A DNA stretch of 64,000 nucleotides from Mustelus asterias. Taxonomy: Eukaryota. The notes beneath the pieces are model-generated. The model was given only the letters and a program-made list of their open reading frames with translations, was not told where the DNA came from and made no database searches. The stretch covers positions 70,494,001-70,558,000 of the forward strand of contig NC_135812.1 of assembly GCF_964213995.1 (NCBI RefSeq). Direction: 5' to 3'. The position numbers and the translations under genes were made by a program. Positions 58,511-64,000 of the stretch are shown in pieces (positions within the stretch are counted from its first letter, which is position 1; each line of letters starts with the position of its first letter).

Positions 58511-61164
58511 CTTTTCCCATTGAATGCGCCCCTCGCCATCGGGAAACCCACGGCAAGGGTGTGCCGTCGGTGGGACCGTAAGATCTTACCAGTGAGAATG
58601 CCAGCAAGACTTCACTGGTTACCTTTATCTCACTCCCCAAAGTTGCTGCCAGACTTGCTGAGTTTTACCAGCAATTTCTCAATAATGGGTTAAGTCTTTC
58701 ATTGGCACTGATCAAAAAAGATCGGACTGCTTAAGAATTTGTATCTTTTTCTGCAGAAGTGGCGCACAATCACTTCCAGATCTGCTCACCTTCAACTCAG
58801 AATTAGGTTGGAGACAGAGATTCTTGGTGGTGCTTTACTCTGGGGCATAACCTTGTTTGAATGGCACATCATCCTATCACAGAGTTTGCTCTTTACAGAA
58901 AGGAATAAGCTGAACATAGATGTCTTTCAGCCTTGTCGCTGCTGTGCACTGATCTTGATAAGTTTCAATTGTTCAGGGTGGTAACAAATGTCAGTTGAAT
59001 GGACCAGCTGAGCTTCTCTTTAAAAAACTACTTAACTGATAGAGATTACAAGAAGTTCAAGTGTGCAGAACATTGAATGAGTTTCACAAATCAAAGCAAG
59101 CATTGCAATGTATGGGGAACAATGCCAGTACTAAGTTTAATAACCTTTTCTTTTCTATGACTCTTATGTGTTGCAGAGGCACTGAGTCAGTGAATTCAAC
59201 TTTTCCATGAAGCAGAAAGTTTTTTTGCGATATCTAGATCGGTGTTTTTGTCCCGATTTTGTATATTTTCAGATGAATTAAAGTCATGGCACTTTAGTTA
59301 TTCAATAATCAGACAATTTTCCCTCAAATCATTCCTCTATTTTTAACCTGATCCTTCTTCAGCATGATTACTTTGGAATCAGAGGCTAGATTTTCATGTT
59401 CTTTGCTCGGGAAATGCGAGTCAGGTCAATTCCCGACTTTGAATACCCAAGCCCGTCACCTTTGCCGAAACCCACCATATTTTCATCACCTGGAGATGTA
59501 GGTGGGCAGGGTTCAAGTTTCCCAATTCTCAAGGTAGCACTGGAGGAGTGCAGGTGTCAAAGCAGCTGGTTAGGCGTCCCTCTTTGGTTTGGTGGGACAT
59601 CAGCCCCGCTATCCGTGTCATTCTTAAGCCCTCTTGTGCTCAACCACTCATTCCCACCTACCCCCTGCCACCATCAGGGCCACTCACGCCCCCGTGTCCC
59701 CTCATATTCCCCATGCCTCTCCATATCCACCATGCCCCCTCCATGCAGACTCACACCCACCATGTCCCATCTGCCCCCATGTATCCTCTATAGCCACTCA
59801 CCCAGTATCTGCAATGTACAGTCCCTCGGAACCACCTAAGAGCAATGCAAAAACTTTGAAATGGACATGAAAAAGTACACTTCAAACAATCTATTCAAGC
59901 TGTCACTCAGAAACACAAAATATACTGAAAAAGCTCCAGACCCAATTAAAAAAAGCTTAAGTCCCCTCAGGTAGTTATTCTATTGTACAGTAACCACTTC
60001 AAGTGCAGATCATCCTTTAATAAGCTCTTTATAATCTGTTAACTCAGCCTGCTGCTGCATTAAGTGGTTCAACAGATTTTGAAACTCAGCCAAGCTCTCA
60101 TAATGGACGCAGCTGTCAAAACAAGCCCTTGCAACTATAGACAATGAAACCTGTTGAAAATGGAAAAACAGATGACTAGGTTTCTTTCTAAGTTACACCA
60201 GTTGGCCTTTCAATCAAAGCAATACAGGAACAGGTGGCTAATTTATTATTTTTTTATATATAAAGCACTATGGGCATTTAAATGGCTTCAAATTGTGACA
60301 CTTTAATTCTCAAGCACTGTTTTCTTCAGTCTTAAATGCAAAATAGGACTTTTGCCATAGGAAAAGTATTCCAGTGCATCTCAACACTAAAACAATGCTA
60401 TGCAATGTAATGGTCACAGGGGAGATCCCTGTTATCATTCACTGCCGTGCAAACACATTTAACTTGTAATACAGGTTAGCTTTTAAATATGACCTTTAAA
60501 GTTCTTGAAACATTGAACAAATACCTGCAAGAATGTTCCCCAACTCCTCTGCAGGCTTCCCTCAAATCTCCTGACCTCTTAAACAAGCCAGGTTTTCTCA
60601 AAGCCTTCAAAACCCATCTGACCAAACAAAAAGACTGGGGATAAATTTCCCTTAGAGTTATCAATGACAGCCTTAATGTCAAAGGACATGAATGTCAATC
60701 CAATCCTCATCCAAATTTCTTCCTGACTGTGGGAAGATTCTGTGAATTGTTGGGTGTCAGAAGTAAACATATTTAGGAGTTTTTTTACATCAGCTAAAAG
60801 GAGGCAGCAGAAGGGCAGTGGACCTGCCCTGATTTAATGTTACAGAAGATTCTGCTGGGGACAGTGCAGCACTGTACAATATTTTAATGACATGATTAAC
60901 CTTTTTGTGCCTTCAATGATTATTAAAGACTGATTCTCAGAGCAGAGGACCTTTAAAACTATATTCGTGATCATGGCATTCTCCCTCTGCCGTATGGCGT
61001 CCCAGCTTATAGCATCAAATCTCAGAACCCATAAGTTATATATTCACACCAAGGAATGATTCCTATTCCTCTACAGCAAAGATTCAATACTACATTATTT
61101 TTCATATTAACTCAAAGTTACAAGAGCTGAGTATAACTGTGGAATCTAAAAACAGACCTGAGAA

Positions 61165-61765
61165 ACATTTTTTTTCTATTCATTCATGGGACATTTGATT
61201 TAATATGATTTATTATTATCACACATATTAGTATATAATGAAAAGTATTGTTTTTTGCTCTCTATACAGACAAAGCACACCGTACATAGAGGAGAAAAGG
61301 AGAGGGTGCGGAATGTAGTGTTCCAGTCATAGCTAGGGTGTATAGAAAGGCCAACTTAATACGAGGTAGGTCCATTCAAAAGGTTGCTGGCAGCAGGGGA
61401 GAAGCTGTTCTTGAGTCGGTTGGTAAGTGACCTCAGACTTGTGTATCTTTTTGATGGAACATGGTCATCACTGGCTGGCCAGCATTTGTTGCCTATCCCT
61501 AGCTGACAGTCAACCACATTGCTGAGTCACACATAGGCCAGACCAGGTAAGGACAATAGATTTCCTTCCCTAAAGGACATTAGTTAATCAGATGGGTTTT
61601 TCAGACGGTTTCATGGTCATCAGTAAGATTCTTAATTCCAAATATTTTTGATTGAATTCAAATTCCACCATCTGCTGTGGCAGGATTCGAACCCGGTTCC
61701 CCAGAACATTAGTTGAGTTTCTGGATTAATAGTCTAGCGATAATACCACTAGACCATGCTTCCCT
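61165..61765 (-). mobile_element. Deu-domain SINE interrupted by a Rex1/Babar-like 3' fragment (61195-61452)
   Basis: Homologous to 42680-43017; insert flanked by ggacat / gaacat. Confidence 0.78.
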
Positions 61766-62409
61766 CCTAATGCCCTTATAATAACTGCAAGATTGGAAGG
61801 GAGTAAGAGGAAGGATCTGTGGTCAGGAAGCAAACTTCCAATGCACTTCTAACTGGTCTCTAATTAGCCATCCAGTGTTTTATTGAATGTGCAGAGGTGG
61901 CAGGGTGGGAGCGGTGAACCCATCCATTTCCATTCCACCTCCCACACCCTGTCAAGAAAAGTAAAATCCAATCTGTTGTTTCAAAAGTTATGTATTGTTG
62001 ATAATCCTGGAGTTTAACTCTGCGACTCAAACACATTCTTCACTGCTAGAAATTAAATTAGGTCGAGATTTTATCAGACTGTATGAAGCATCAGGAGGAA
62101 GAGCATCTGTGATCTTCCTCTACGGCTACCCATTATTCTGCACGAGCAATAATGCTATTGTCATGGTAATGCCAAAGGATGTGCTCTATAATGCTTGGGA
62201 CTCAAATGATTATCAATGTATATGTCCTATGCCCTTATTTAAACAGAGTTTCAAGAGAAATTTTACCCATACGTTGACGCAAGAAGATTCATCTTTTGTA
62301 TGAAATATCGTTTTGAAGATGTCATTGAATACTTTCTTGTAAAAAATCCCATCAGTTGTTGGACTTTTAACACAAGTGCAATTAAACCTGCAAAAAGAAG
62401 GTTTTTTGA

Positions 62410-64000
62410 CTTCAGTCCAGTTACAATTCCATTCACTCCTCGTGATATCAAGAAGCAGCTGAAGGCACTGGAAAGGCTATGGGCCATGACAAAGTTCCAG
62501 TAATAGTACTGAAAACTTGTGCTCCAGAATGAGCTGTGCCCTGAGTCAAGCTGTTCCAGTACCGCTACAACACTAGCAATGACCCAGCAATGTGGAACAT
62601 TGCCCAGGTATGTCCACAAAAAGCAGGACAAATCCAACCTGGCTAATTATCACCCCATCAGTCTACTCTCAATCATCTGTAACTTGATGGAAGGGGTCAT
62701 CAACAGCAATATGATGTGACACTTACTCAGCAATAACCTGCTCACTGAGGCTCAGTTGGGTTCCATTAGGCCCACTCAGCTCTTTACTGCATCACAGGAG
62801 ACATGGACAAAAGAGCTGAACACAAGAGGTGAGATGAGAGTGACTGGCCTTGACATCAAAGCAACATTTGACCGGAATCAGGGAGATCATTGGGAAACTA
62901 AGGGAAAACTCTCCATTGATTGCACTCCTACCTAGCACAAAGGAAGATGGTTGTGATTGTTAGTTCCAGGACATCATTGCAGGATTTCCTCAGGGTAGTG
63001 TCCGAGACCCAGCCGAGGCCGAGAACTCATTAATGGCCTTCCATCCATCTTAAAGTTAGAAGTGGGGATGTTCATTGATGATTGAACTATTCACGACTAT
63101 TCAGACATTGAAACAGTCCATGCCCACATGCAGCAAGATTTGGATAACATTCAGCTTGGGCTGATAAATGACAAATTACATTCACACCACACAAGTGCCA
63201 GTAAATGACCGTCTCCAAGACATGAGAATCTGATCATTGCCCCTTGACATTCAATGGTATTACTATTGCTGAATCCCGTAATAACAACATCCTGGAGGTT
63301 ATATAGACTCAGGAAGTTAACTCTGTTGCTCCATAGCTGCTGCCAGACCTGATGAGTTTATCCAGCATTATCTGTTTTTATTCCTGGGGTTACCATCGAC
63401 TAGAAACTGAACTGGACTAGCTATTTAAATACTGTTGCTACAAGAACAGTCAGAGGCTAAGAATTCTGTGACGAGTAACTCATCTGACTCCCAGAACCTA
63501 TCCACCATCTACAAGGCACAAGTCAGGAGTGTGATGGAATATTGTCCACCTGCCTGGATGAGTGCATCTCCAACAACACTCAAGAAGCTTGACACCATCC
63601 AGGACAAAGCAGCCCACTTGATCAGCCTCCTATCCACCACTTTCAACATCTACTCACTCCACCACCAGTGCACAGTGGCAGAAGTGTGTACCATTCTACA
63701 AGATGTGCTGCAGGAACTCACCAAGTCTCCTTTGACAACAACTTACAAACATGTGACCTCCACCATCTAGAAGGACAAGGACAGCAGATGCATAGGAACA
63801 CCACCACCTGCAGGTTCCCCTCCAAGCCACACAGCATCCCAATTTGGAACTTTATCATCTGCATATGCACCAAGTTCCTTCACTGGGTCAAAATCCTAGA
63901 ACTACCTACCTAACAACACTGTGGGTGTAACTGCACCACATGGACTGCACGGTTCAAGAAGGCAGCTCACCACCATCTTCTCAAGGGCAATTAGGGATGG
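62410..64000 (+). mobile_element. Decayed CR1-group (L2/Crack-like) LINE ORF2 and 3' UTR, running off the window end
   Basis: ANYHPISLLSII, LDIKATFD, FPQGSV, IYKAQVRSVMEYCPPAW. Confidence 0.85.

Noticed and set aside
1-64000. Prokaryotic systems (CRISPR arrays, operons, retrons, defence islands)
   Set aside because: No repeat-spacer arrays or dense gene packing; all RT domains are eukaryotic retroelement types

Overview
Repeat-dense eukaryotic DNA with no recognisable host protein-coding gene. HE1-type V-SINEs, CR1/HER1-like LINEs and Deu-domain SINEs point to a cartilaginous fish (shark); this is inferred from recalled consensus sequences, not a database search. All long ORFs belong to transposable elements. 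Main elements: (1) a CR1 LINE (~850-5710) interrupted by a Penelope-like element with 574-bp inverted arms, a 12-bp TSD and a minimal hammerhead ribozyme on each strand; (2) a full-length young Mag-like Gypsy element (48405-53089; 297-bp LTRs, 5-bp TSD). It has no tRNA primer-binding site, and the PBS position is instead complementary to its own LTR over the poly(A) signal, suggesting self-priming. Its RT motif reads YLDN; (3) a decayed GalEa-like Copia element; (4) two older Gypsy relics; (5) a family of GC-rich PIF/Harbinger-like MITEs with 3-bp TSDs; (6) about 19 V-SINE copies or fragments with two alternative 3' tails. AT/TAAT-rich unique islands between repeats may be conserved non-coding elements, but this cannot be shown from the window alone.
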